From Lama glama (taxonomy: Eukaryota), in contig CM052823.1 of NCBI GenBank assembly GCA_028534125.1, forward strand, positions 26,970,001 through 27,034,000: 64,000 nucleotides of DNA, read 5' to 3'. This document shows, one piece after another, positions 11,760 to 21,959 of the stretch. A program made the translations under genes and the position numbers. The notes below the pieces were generated by a model that saw nothing but the letters and a program-made list of their open reading frames with translations, did not search any database and had not been told where the DNA came from. Position 1 is the first letter of the stretch. Every line of letters starts with the position of its first letter.

Positions 11760-12060
11760 GTCATTCCTTCATTCAGAATGAGACCCTGTCCTCAGAGGGT
11801 TTTAACCTACTGAGTAAGACAGAGACTACAAAGATAAATCAATAAATAGATAATACATCAGTCAAGGGTAAAATGTGCTAAAAAAAAGAAAAGAAAGGAG
11901 GTGTGCCCATGTTATTTTAGTAAGGGTAGTCAGGAAAGGCTCTCTGGTGAGGTGACATTTGAGTAGAGACCTGAATGAGGGACTGAACCATGCAGATATG
12001 TGGAGAAAGGGAATTCCAGGTGGGGGAACAGCAAGTGCAAAGGTCCTGATGTGATTTCCC
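11760..12060 (-). mobile_element. L2 fragment
   Basis: gggtagtcaggaaaggctctctggtgaggtgacatttgag.agagacctgaatga, gaacagcaagtgcaaaggtcctga. Confidence 0.7.
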
Positions 12061-12194
12061 AAAGGAGAAAGGCCTGGCTCCCTTCAGAATCCCATTCAAC
12101 CTCAAGATCTAACAAATGCCTGTGTTTTTTATTGCAAGTCTGGGCCCCGAATAGGAAATCCACTCCGTCCATCCCAGCAACGTATTCTCTAGAG

Positions 12195-12405
12195 CAGCCT
12201 GTCCATTCTGCAATGATGGAAATGTCTGCACTTTCCAAAATGTCCAATATGGTAGACACTGTCCCAAATGGTAGACCCTAGCCACAAATGGTTATTGAGC
12301 ATTTGAAATGTGGCTAGTGCACTTTAGGAACACAATTTTGAATTTTATTTAATTTTAATTTACACTTAAATAGGCAAATGTGGCTGTTTTCTACTGTATT
12401 CTGAA
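12195..12405. mobile_element. hAT-Charlie MITE, MER3-like
   Basis: ttctgcaatgatggaaatgt, ctagccac..atggttattgagcatttgaaatgtggctagtg; flanked by NTCTAGAN sites. Confidence 0.75.
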
Positions 12406-12413
12406 GTCTAGAC

Positions 12414-12732
12414 TTGGACAGCTGTCCGAAAGAAATACAATGCAAGCCAGAAATAAAAGTCACATATGCAATTAAAATTTTTCTGGCAGCCATATCAAAA
12501 AGAACATATGAAATTAATTTGAATAATACATTTCTAATGCAACATATCCAAAATATCATCATTTCAACATGTAATCAATATTAAAAAATTACCATAAGAT
12601 ATTTTACATCCTTTCATATGAGGCCTTCGAACTCTGGTGTGTATTTTATCTTACAGCACATCTCAATTCAGACTGGTCACATTTCAAGAGCTCAATAGCC
12701 AAATGCAGCTAACAGCTACTATATTCAGCCAG
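12414..12732. mobile_element. hAT-Charlie MITE, MER33-like, with 8-bp TSD GTCTAGAC
   Basis: atcatttcaacatgtaatcaatat, tgtattttatcttacagcacatctcaattcagac; GTCTAGAC at 12406-12413 and 12733-12740. Confidence 0.8.
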
Positions 12733-13131
12733 GTCTAGACTATTTCCAGGTGTACATGTTAGGAATCCATGCAAAGTTGAGGGCTCCCCCTCCCCGACCT
12801 GCAAGACAGTTTTCATATCATGTTCCTCTGCCAGGACTTGTGGCCATGGTCCCTGGGCTGGCCGTGTTTGAGAAGGATATGTCAAAGTTTGGGGGGAGGG
12901 AATGATAAGAGATTAGCTTGGCTCTGCTCCTGACTGTGCTAGGAGCCTGCAGCCGCCAGCTCTGATACTTTGTCCCCAATACCAGGGCTCTAGATAATCC
13001 CTTTTTCTGTAGGTAAGGGGGATGTGAGACATTTTGGCACAGCTGGGAAGAAGAACACCGAGCCAAGGCTTTGTCTGGCCTCGCCTGACTCCTTTCAGGG
13101 CTAGAGCCCCTCCCCTGGGACCTGGACCCAC

Positions 13132-13219
13132 CTCCTCGAAGGTCAGCAGATGCAGCAAGATAAGCGAAATTATCCAGACTGATGACATCAATGATGGGGC
13201 TCACCACACGGGTGTGGTC
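13132..13219 (-). CDS. GALNT16: GALNT16 exon 7 (88 bp): [29 protein letters not shown](G)
   Basis: Acceptor cctag|GAC, donor AG|gtgggt; VVSPIIDVI motif. Confidence 0.97.
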
Positions 13220-14109
13220 CTAGGAGAGGACACATGAGATGGTGTGAGGCCAGGGACTCTGGGAACAAAGGCCCCACTGCCTATCCTGGGAAGAAATTCT
13301 TTCCAAGGCATGGGGCACTCAGCATTTCCTGTAAGACATGCTGCGGGCTCCTGGGAGCTGTCCTGCATCACCACATCCAGGCTCCTGAAAGGTCCCACCT
13401 GGGTCTCATGGGCACAGTGCTCTCCTAGCCTCTTCCTCTCACATCATATTGAGCCCTGCTGGGATCTCACCTCCTCACTGAAGCCCTCCCTGATTGCTGC
13501 AGGCTGAGGCTTTCTTCCTTTTTAAAGTCGCTCTCATAATTACAGTGGACATGAATCATGCGTTGCCTGAGGTAGCTCTTCTGTCACTGGTCTGAGCTGT
13601 TGTTTTATGAATTTTCGTCCACCTTTGTACTTGTTTGAGTTGAGTCTTCCCAAATGGAACACCAGCAGCTTGAGGGCAGGGACCCTGCAGTCCCTGTGTT
13701 ACCTGGGTGTCACTCTTCTCACACTTCATCCATTTCAAGGTCAGACCCACACTCCATAACCTCTCAGACACAAATCTACCTCCAAACATTGGTGGGTAAT
13801 GCTGATTTTACTGAAGGTGTTATTTATTTTTTTTGAGGCAGGGAGTCGTGATTATATCAAATATCACAAGCAAAACTTCAATGCACTCTATCAGTCCTCT
13901 CTTCTCTCTCCCTCCATGGAGGGACACAGGACAGAGACTCTTCTCTCTCCTCAGTTGGTGCTGACCATCAAAATCCTCTTGTTGGCGACTTGGAATCCAG
14001 CTTTGTTCCTTAGTTCACACCCCGTCTCAGAATGACAAAAATGTGGGATGTGGCAGATCAGGGTAGACCATCCACGGTTTCTCACAGTGCTCTGTGGGGG
14101 CCTCGCCTT

Positions 14110-15060
14110 ATCCTTTTTATAGACTTTTTGGTATGAGATATAATTCACATTTTTGTAACAGTTTTATTAGATATAATTGATATACCATAAAATTCACCAT
14201 TTTAAAGGGCACAATTCAGTGGTCTGTAGTATATTCACAAGGCNNNNNNNNNNNNNNNNNNNNNNNNNNNNNNNNNNNNNNNNNNNNNNNNNNNNNNNNN
14301 NNNNNNNNNNNNNNNNNNNNNNNNNNNNNNNNNNNNNNNNNNNNNNNNNNNNNNNNNNNNNNNNNNNNNNNNNNNNNNNNNNNNNNNNNNNNNNNNNNNN
14401 NNNNNNNNNNNNGACNNNNNNNNNNNNNNNNNNNNNNNNNNNNNNNNNNNNNNNNNNNNNNNNNNNNNNNNNNNNNNNNNNNNNNNNNNNNNNNNNNNNN
14501 NNNNNNNNNNNNNNNNNNNNNNNNNNNNNNNNNNNNNNNNNNNNNNNNNNNNNNNNNNNNNNNNNNNNNNNNNNNNNNNNGACATTTGATTGTTTCCATG
14601 TGCTGGATATTCTGAATAATGCTGCTCTATCTGACCTCTCGTGTATAAATTCTTGTTTGGGTTATNNNNNNNNNNNNNNNNNNNNNNNNNNNNNNNNNNN
14701 NNNNNNNNNNNNNNNNNNNNNNNNNNNNNNNNNNNNNNNNNNNNNNNNNNNNNNNNNNNNNNNNNNNNNNNNNNNNNNNNNNNNNNNNNNNNNCAAGGTA
14801 TAAAAACTCTTTATTCATATCTTCACCAGAGCTTGCTACTGCCCCTCCTTTTGATTATAGCCATCCAAGTAGGTACCAGGTGGTGTCCCACTGTGTTTTG
14901 ATTTGCATTTCTCTAATGAATTAATGTTGAGCATCTTTTCATGTGCATCTTTTCATGTGCATGTTGACCTTTTGTCTATCTTCCTTGAAGAAATGTGTGT
15001 TGAAATCCTTTGCCCATTTTTAAACTAGGTAACTTGTCTTTTTACGGTTGAGTTGTAATC
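14110..15060 (-). mobile_element. Old L1 (L1M-type) fragment, gapped
   Basis: gagatataattcacat, ttttgatttgcatttctctaatga, gttgagcatcttttcatgtgc, tcctttgcccattttt are typical antisense L1 strings. Confidence 0.8.
14244..14793. other. Cluster of sized gaps (14244-14412, 14416-14580, 14666-14793) inside an L1
   Basis: N runs seen directly. Confidence 0.95.
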
Positions 15061-15501
15061 ACTTCATCCTTTGCTCCATGTGTCCAAATCATCCTCATTT
15101 TAGAGAACAGCAGGCATCTGGTAGGGCCCCCCTGCCCTCATCTCTCCTTGAGAACACCACCCTCTCCTCCATCCTTCCCAGGTTTCCCAGCCTGACCTAC
15201 CCCCCCCATCATAGGACCCTGCCTCCCCCAGGGGGAAAACAACACCCATTCGGAGTCGGAGTTTTATGGCTCAGGTTTTCAGCCAATTTAATTCTCACCA
15301 CAACCTGGTGGGACAAATCTGACAATTATCCCCATTTTCAGATGAGAAAGTTCAATGAGGTGAAGACACTCAGGAGGGAGCAGGCCATTTAGGCTTCTGA
15401 TCTGCCTGGCCAACTCCAGAGACCGTTCATACCCTCTCATGCCAAGAACAGAGCAGGCACAACCTGAGGGACAGAGCTTCCCCAGGGACAGACAGACTCA
15501 C

Positions 15502-15623
15502 CTCCTTCACCCGCTGCAGCATCGGTTGCAGCCACTCGGTGTTCACTTCGCAGTGGCTGTCCAGAAAGGTGAGGACAGCAGCTGCGGCCACATCTGCCCC
15601 ACGAACTCGGGACCGGATCAGCC
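15502..15623 (-). CDS. GALNT16: GALNT16 exon 6 (122 bp): [40 protein letters not shown]
   Basis: Acceptor ctgcag|G, donor AG|gtgagt; contains the Mn-binding DxH motif (DSH). Confidence 0.98.
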
Positions 15624-17699
15624 CTGCAGTGAGAGTGGTCAGGGGTTGGTGCTGGGACTGAGCCAATTTGCTCAGCCGTCCCCCTAAAGTCTCGGGGCTC
15701 TCCACCCCGGAGGGCTGAAGTTTCCTCTGAGCTATTATGATTTTACTTCACTTTGTATTTGTCATTTCTTCCTTCTCTCTTTTTCTTTCTTTCATCCATC
15801 CATCAACCACGACTCTCTGAGTGCCCTCCATGTGCCAGATCCTAGGCTCTGGGGACACACTGATGAACAGTCAAGAGTTTAGTGAACACGAGTTGCAGTG
15901 AAGGGTACATTGGTACCATAGGAGAACCAGAAACCAAAACCTTTCCCCTCCATCACTTAGGAACCTCAGGGCGGTCCATCCAGCTGCACCATCCTACGTG
16001 ACATGAGAGAATCTTCTAGGCTAAGACAGGTTGGAGTTAGAATACCAGCCCCTTCACTCACCTCAGCATATTATTTAACCTCTCTGAGCCTTGGTTTTCG
16101 TACGTAGAAGATTTAGAGAGAATACTCTCTGCCTGCCGGGGACAGTGCCTGGTGCCCAGGAGGCCGGCATGTGCTAGATTCTACTCTGCTGCCACCCCGT
16201 TCCCCACAGTCACACTGAGGGCTCACCCACTGTCAAAAAATGACCTCGCTTTCGGCAGCTCCCTGGTCAGGGCTGGGGACTTGCCTGGTCAGAAGAGAGG
16301 AGGCCCAGCTGGTCCTGCCCCTGACAGAGCAGCCCCTGGTACCCTGGGAGCTGTGGGAACAACCTGACCCTAAGAGCACGGAATACAAGTTGCTTCTTGG
16401 AGAGATTTCACTGGCCACATCTCTGCCTGGCACAGTGCCTCTACCCACCTGACTATCCATCCATCTGTGCAAATGTCCATCTGTCCCATCCTTCTGCTCC
16501 ACAGGGAACTATAAAGCACCTAATCATAAATTTACAACTGTGTTGTTAGCCCCAGGGAACAGCATATTCTCAAACCTAAAGGCACCTGGTGCTTGGGAGA
16601 GAGCTCTCTCTGGCTTCTTCCATTCCAATCTGAAGGTCCCCTTGGCTTGACTGGTCTTTCTTAAATACACTCATCACATCTTTTTTTTCTCCCTCTCTTT
16701 CTCACCTTCTGTGGCTCCCTATACTCTGCTCTATCACGTCGAAATACCTTTCTCTGGCCTCCAAGGCCCTCTGTCATCTATCCTCACCCCACTCATTCCC
16801 TGTGCTGATCAGGCCCCATTCCCCACAGGGAAAGGAGACTAAGTAGGCGGAGGCTAAGAGGCTGGGCTCTGGGTGGGCCCCCTCCTCCGGGGTGGAATCC
16901 TAGACCCTCTATTCATCACCCCAGGCAAATTACTGAACCTTCTTAAATCTCAGTTTCTTCATCTGCAAAATGGGATAATGGGCTGTTATGATGACGTGCA
17001 AATGTAGGCAAAGCGAATGCTACAGGATGAACATGCAGGAAACGCAGGAAGGGGCTGTTAGTATTACAGGTACCCAGGCCTCACTGATGCCTTTGCTTGC
17101 GGAGTCCCCGTACCAGCAATGCCCTCCCCTGTACGCCATTCCCCTGTCTCACAACCCCCTCACCCAATCCAGACCCCTCTCTGTCACTTCCCTCTCCTTT
17201 GGCTCCCTCTCCTCCATCTCCATTCTACCCCCACATGACTATAACCAGCCCTGGCTTTGTAATAAGCTCTCCAAGGGCAGGGGCCACATTTTATACCTTT
17301 TGTGGCCCCCTAGAGTGCCGTGCACAGTTTTATGCTGTCGTCAATACTCCAAAACACCTCTTGATTGAAAGTAAGGTTACAACTGCTTTATGCTGCCCTG
17401 TGATTTTCTCAAAGCATTTAATCCTTACAATAACCATGCAGGGCAGAAAGGGTTCTATTATTATTCCCATTTTTCAGAAGAGACATCTAAGGCAGCCAGA
17501 AGTAGAGCTGCTTGCTTACAGCCATGCTGTGGTAAGGGCTGACCTGGGACAGCAGAGTCTTTCCACAGACCTTTGTCCTGGCCACCAGGGATGCAGCAGG
17601 ACCACACTGGCTTGGTAGGACATGATGCCAAAAGGGAGTGAGGAGGTGCAGAAGTTTAGACCAAAATGGGTCTGTGGTGAAACCCAGGGTCCAACTTAC

Positions 17700-17765
17700 C
17701 TTCCCGCCGGTCATTGCGCAGGCACTTGACCTTGGGAATCCTGGTCAGGAGCAGACAGTCTTCAG
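17700..17765 (-). CDS. GALNT16: GALNT16 exon 5 (66 bp): EDCLLLTRIPKVKCLRNDRRE(G)
   Basis: Pyrimidine tract plus cag|C, donor AG|gtaagt; in frame with both neighbours. Confidence 0.96.
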
Positions 17766-17977
17766 CTGAAGGTAGAGAGAAAGAAAAGCAAGCTCATTCA
17801 GACATGGACATCAGACCACATGTGGTTTGACTGCTACCAGGACTGCCCAGGAGCTGTCCCATACCAGGTCCAGGGAAAGGGCTGGGGAAGGGAAGCGGGG
17901 AGCATGGTCATCCCTGCTGGCTAAAGAATTGCCCTGCCCCACTTCCAGACTGAGAGATGCCTGTACTTGTGGCATTA

Positions 17978-17991
17978 CCCCCAGGGGGCGC
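17978..17991 (+). promoter_or_regulatory. Candidate CTCF core motif CCCCCAGGGGGCGC in intron 4
   Basis: 13/14 match to CCACCAGGGGGCGC with CpGs retained. Confidence 0.35.
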
Positions 17992-18306
17992 GAGAGAGCA
18001 CCAGCCGGTCACCAGTCCAACACCCGTGGAGCTAGATTGTGGCGACAATTCTCAGCAAATGGCAGCTGTAATTATGAAGGATGCTGCTGCTGTTTAATTT
18101 TTTTTTTAATGTCATCTCACTGGTGTCTCATCAAAGCAACACCACTCCTTTAGCACCAGGGAGCAGAGGCAGGGAGGGCATCTAGAAAAGACTGAAGATC
18201 CTGGCAGGGAGCAGAGGTCAGCCTGTGATGGCCAGGACAACCTCAAGAGTGCCTGCCTCAGCATTCTGGGGGTGTGGAGGGGTGCAAAAAAAAAGTAGAT
18301 ACTTAC

Positions 18307-18374
18307 GATCTGAACTGAAGTCATCCACTAGAATGATCTCCTGGATCAGGCTGGCAGGAGTTCGATTCAGGACA
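18307..18374 (-). CDS. GALNT16: GALNT16 exon 4 (68 bp): VLNRTPASLIQEIILVDDFSSD(P)
   Basis: Acceptor ctctag|T, donor TC|gtaagt; EIILVDDFS motif. Confidence 0.97.
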
Positions 18375-19299
18375 CTAGAGCAGTGACAGGACAGAGGACC
18401 CTGGGTTTAGGGGCCACCTTCCACTTCCCTCTCCCCGCCACCGGCTCCCCCACTGCCCAGCTTGGGGGCCAGCACACTGGCTGGCTAACCTTCTAGGCCC
18501 TGGTCAGTGGCTGAGAAGTAGTGTATTCCTCAGGCTCCTCCAAGAACCCACTGACCCTGCTGCCTGGACCTTCAGGCACTTGTGACCCACCCCAGATGAG
18601 GGGTGGGGACTGCCCTAGTTTAGCTTTTGAGACAGTAGCTGCCTGGGCTTAACAAGCTTGCCTGAGGGCAACCCCTGCTGGCCCAGGAGCTGCCTGCCTG
18701 GAAGGCTAGCAAGGCTCCTCTGGCCTGATAGGTCAGGAGGAGTGTTCTCAGAAAGCTCCCCTGACCCACGCACCACCCGACTCTTCCATCCCTCCTCTTC
18801 CTTCACTCCCTGGTGAAGGAAATCTTAGCTTCTTAATCCCTGGAATACCACTAGGTACTCCACTCTGAATCCTACTCTTATCTAAAAGTTCATTAAAGAA
18901 ACGGGGTGGGGGGGAGTAGACGTCAAATTTGATCCAAGGCCAAGCTTAGGAGGACAGAAGGGGCACTTCTCTCTGAGTCACTGACAGTTTCCTATCGGGC
19001 CAGCATCCATCCACCTGAGGCTTCATGTCCATCCCTGCCTCCCTCTGGCTCCTGACTCCTGCCCTCATCCTGAGGATCTGACCTTGTGTTTGTGCATCAC
19101 GCTAACAGCTGGTCTTCTCGCGTCTCCCTGTCCCTGATTCGCCAGCCCCAGCTTGTCTGAAAGTCAGGACTCCCCAGTGCCCACTGGTCTTCATGCCACC
19201 CAGCCACAACACCCTATCTCAGCGTCCTCTCCTACTGGGACCCAGTGGATCCCCAGGGGAGCAGCACCCCTGAGATAAGGGTTCCAGGGCGGGGCTTAC

Positions 19300-19398
19300 C
19301 TCTTCACTGTGCGCAGGAGTGTAGAGCGGGCCTCATTGTGGAAGGTGATGATGACGCTGGTGGCCGGCAGGTCCGAAGAGTAGGACACGGAGGGGCAG
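19300..19398 (-). CDS. GALNT16: GALNT16 exon 3 (99 bp): [32 protein letters not shown](S)
   Basis: Acceptor ctcag|C, donor AG|gtaagc; conserved LP.TSVII.FHNEA.STLLRTV GT-A motif. Confidence 0.97.
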
Positions 19399-21400
19399 CT
19401 GAGAAGAGAGCAGAGACGTCAGAGAGCAGCTCTGGGAGCATCCTCAGGGCAGGCTGGAGTCCTCTCTCTGTCCAGCCTGCTGCCTCCTGCCCCTCCATGC
19501 CCGCGCTTCATCCCTCTCGGCCGCCCAGCCTGGAGCCCTGGGAGGGAAGTCTAGGTTGGGGGATCGTTCCAGGTCTGGGTCCTCCTTACTAAAGACCTAG
19601 AGCATGAACCCCACAGGCACCGAAGTGTTTAGGAGGGCTCTGACCGTGTGCAGGCACCACACCTGCCCTAGGATCCAGCCCCGGACAAACAGATAGAATT
19701 CCCTGCCCAATGGAGCAGCCAAGAGACAAAATGGCAGAGGGGAGAAGAGGGAACACAGCCTCTCTTTTGTCTCTGACATCCTGTTGCTTCTTCCTTCTCT
19801 TCTCCTGGCTCACGACACCTGGCAGGATCCGGAGAGGAATCATCCCATCCTGCTGCTATGAATTCCTCTGTCTTGCTGCTGGCACTAACAGCCAGGCTGG
19901 CGATACCAGGCAGGTGAGCAGGCTCACTCCTCCCACCGGCCCTGGGATGCCTGGGCGGATGCTGAAGTCTCTGAGGAGACCCCAGAGGCAGTTGCGGCTG
20001 CCCACTCCCTCCCCCAGCAGCAGCTGTGTGCTCCGCCTTCTCCAGACACCACATTTTGGGCCTATTGGCTTCCCTATCCTCAGGAAAGCGAATTAAAATG
20101 ATCCATCCTGCCAGCCTCCATCCCTGTCGTTTTCTGCAAATGCTTCTGTGAATGCGTTTATTCATGCTCCTGGGGCCGGAGGGAAGGCAGCCACAGAGCT
20201 GGTTTTCATGGCAATCTTCTTTATTACAATTGCTCTCCGACTATTCCAGCAGTGACTATTTTTTCATTACGGCATTCATTCCACTGACACAGCTTCCCAG
20301 GCCCACTCCTGCCCGGCGGAGCAGCCTGCTCAGGTCAGACAGGCAGGAGTTCCACCAACCTGGGACCCCTATGGGAGAAGTCCTGAGAGGCCTTAAAATA
20401 ATTCTCCTTGAGAGGGGATGTGGGGGAGTGGGAGGGGCAGGGAAATTCACCACTGCCCCTAGGAAGCCAGGTGTCCTAAATGCCTGTCGTCTCAGAGGCT
20501 TGTGGCATTGGGGACAGGAGTGGACGTGGCCTGCTGAGCTGGGGAGCGCTGGGAGAAGCAGCCACCTGGGCGCCCCACCCCCGAGCACTGACCTCTAGGC
20601 CCCAGGTCTCTGTTTCTGAACTCCCCCCTCTTCTAGTGCCTGTGAAGGAGGGAGTCTGGATAGCAATGTCCATTCTCCACTTACAGAGGGGACGGAGGCG
20701 GCTGCCCTTCAGGAAAGGAGCTTAGACTGTTCGCACAGGTGAGGCAGGAAGAGGAGAGATCGAAGGTGGACACTCAGACCATTCAGACAGGGCTCTACAA
20801 GGGCCTGAACCAGGGATGGGGGCCGATGGCTTGCCCAAGGTCAGTCACTCACACTAAGCATTGTCCGCACTGGGATTAACACGGGAGGCGTCCTTGATCC
20901 CAGTCTAGGGCATCTCCTGCCTACCACACTGGACGAGCAAAGAGCAAGACTGGGAAGGATTTCTGGGAGTCGCTGTGGAAGCAGGGACAGGAAGAGAGGA
21001 AAGAAAGGAGACCAATGGGGCACCTCCTGCACAGCCCAGGCCGGGCTGGGCCCTCTTCACCTCAGGCACCACCAGCTGGGCACCAAGAACGCCAGACTCA
21101 CCCCCGTTGGCCCTCCCTGTGGTCCCCTGGCTGGTCACTCTTGCCGGGACTCCAGACTGAGGTACTGAGGGGCCTCTCTGGCCCCGCTGGGACGTCTCCT
21201 TGGACTTCTCAGTCCTCAGGAGGTCCATGAAATAAAGAGGAGTCAGGAAACAACTGATGGTAAGGGTTTGAATGTCTCAAGTAGACTGAGTCTGAGGAAA
21301 TCTTCCTTGTTTTTTAAATCCATGTGACTGAAAGGAAAGCCATCTGGTGTTGGTCCTTCCCTCCACCTCTCCTTCTCCACCGACACGATGGAGGCCCCAC

Positions 21401-21558
21401 CTGTAATGGCGGGTGTCCCGGATGGGCCGGTCGGGGCTCAGCTTGTCGCTCTCCAGCTGATTGAAGGCATGCTGCCTGTAGGGGTCCTCTCCCGGCTTCA
21501 GCTGCTTGGCTGCCAGGTATGCCTTCTCATCAAAGCCTCTCGAGGGCGTTCCTGTCAC
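21401..21558 (-). CDS. GALNT16: GALNT16 coding exon 2 (158 bp): VTGTPSRGFDEKAYLAAKQLKPGEDPYRQHAFNQLESDKLSPDRPIRDTRHY(S)
   Basis: Acceptor tctcag|GTG, donor AG|gtgggg; GalNAc-T FNxxxSDxL..R..RD.R motif; phase 0 to 2. Confidence 0.97.
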
Positions 21559-21829
21559 CTGAGACAAAGGTCAGCATCAGAGGGGTCACAGGCAAGAAGA
21601 CAAAGTAGCCACTGTGTGGTAAGACGTACTCCCAGGTGGAAGCCAATTGCATTACCTCATGTGTACCTATGAGGAGACATTACCTCCCCCATTGTACAGA
21701 TGAGGAAACTGAGGCTCAAGACAGTACCTGCAGTGGTACTGTATGGAGACAGGGAGCATGCAGGAATTCTCTGTACTTCCCACTCAATTCTGTGGGCCTA
21801 AAAATGCTCTTAAAAAAATAAAGCCTATT

Positions 21830-21959
21830 GTGGGGGAGGATTTAGCTCAGCAGTAGAGTGCAGGCCTAGCAGGCATGAGGTCCCGGGTTCAATCCCCAGT
21901 ACCTCCATCTAAATAAATAAATAAAAACCTGAATTACCTTCCCTCATAGAAAAAAAAAT
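21830..21959 (+). mobile_element. Vic-1-like SINE with 20-bp target-site duplication
   Basis: A/B boxes and A-rich tail; TTAAAAAAATAAAGCCTATT at 21810-21829 and 21960-21979. Confidence 0.9.
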
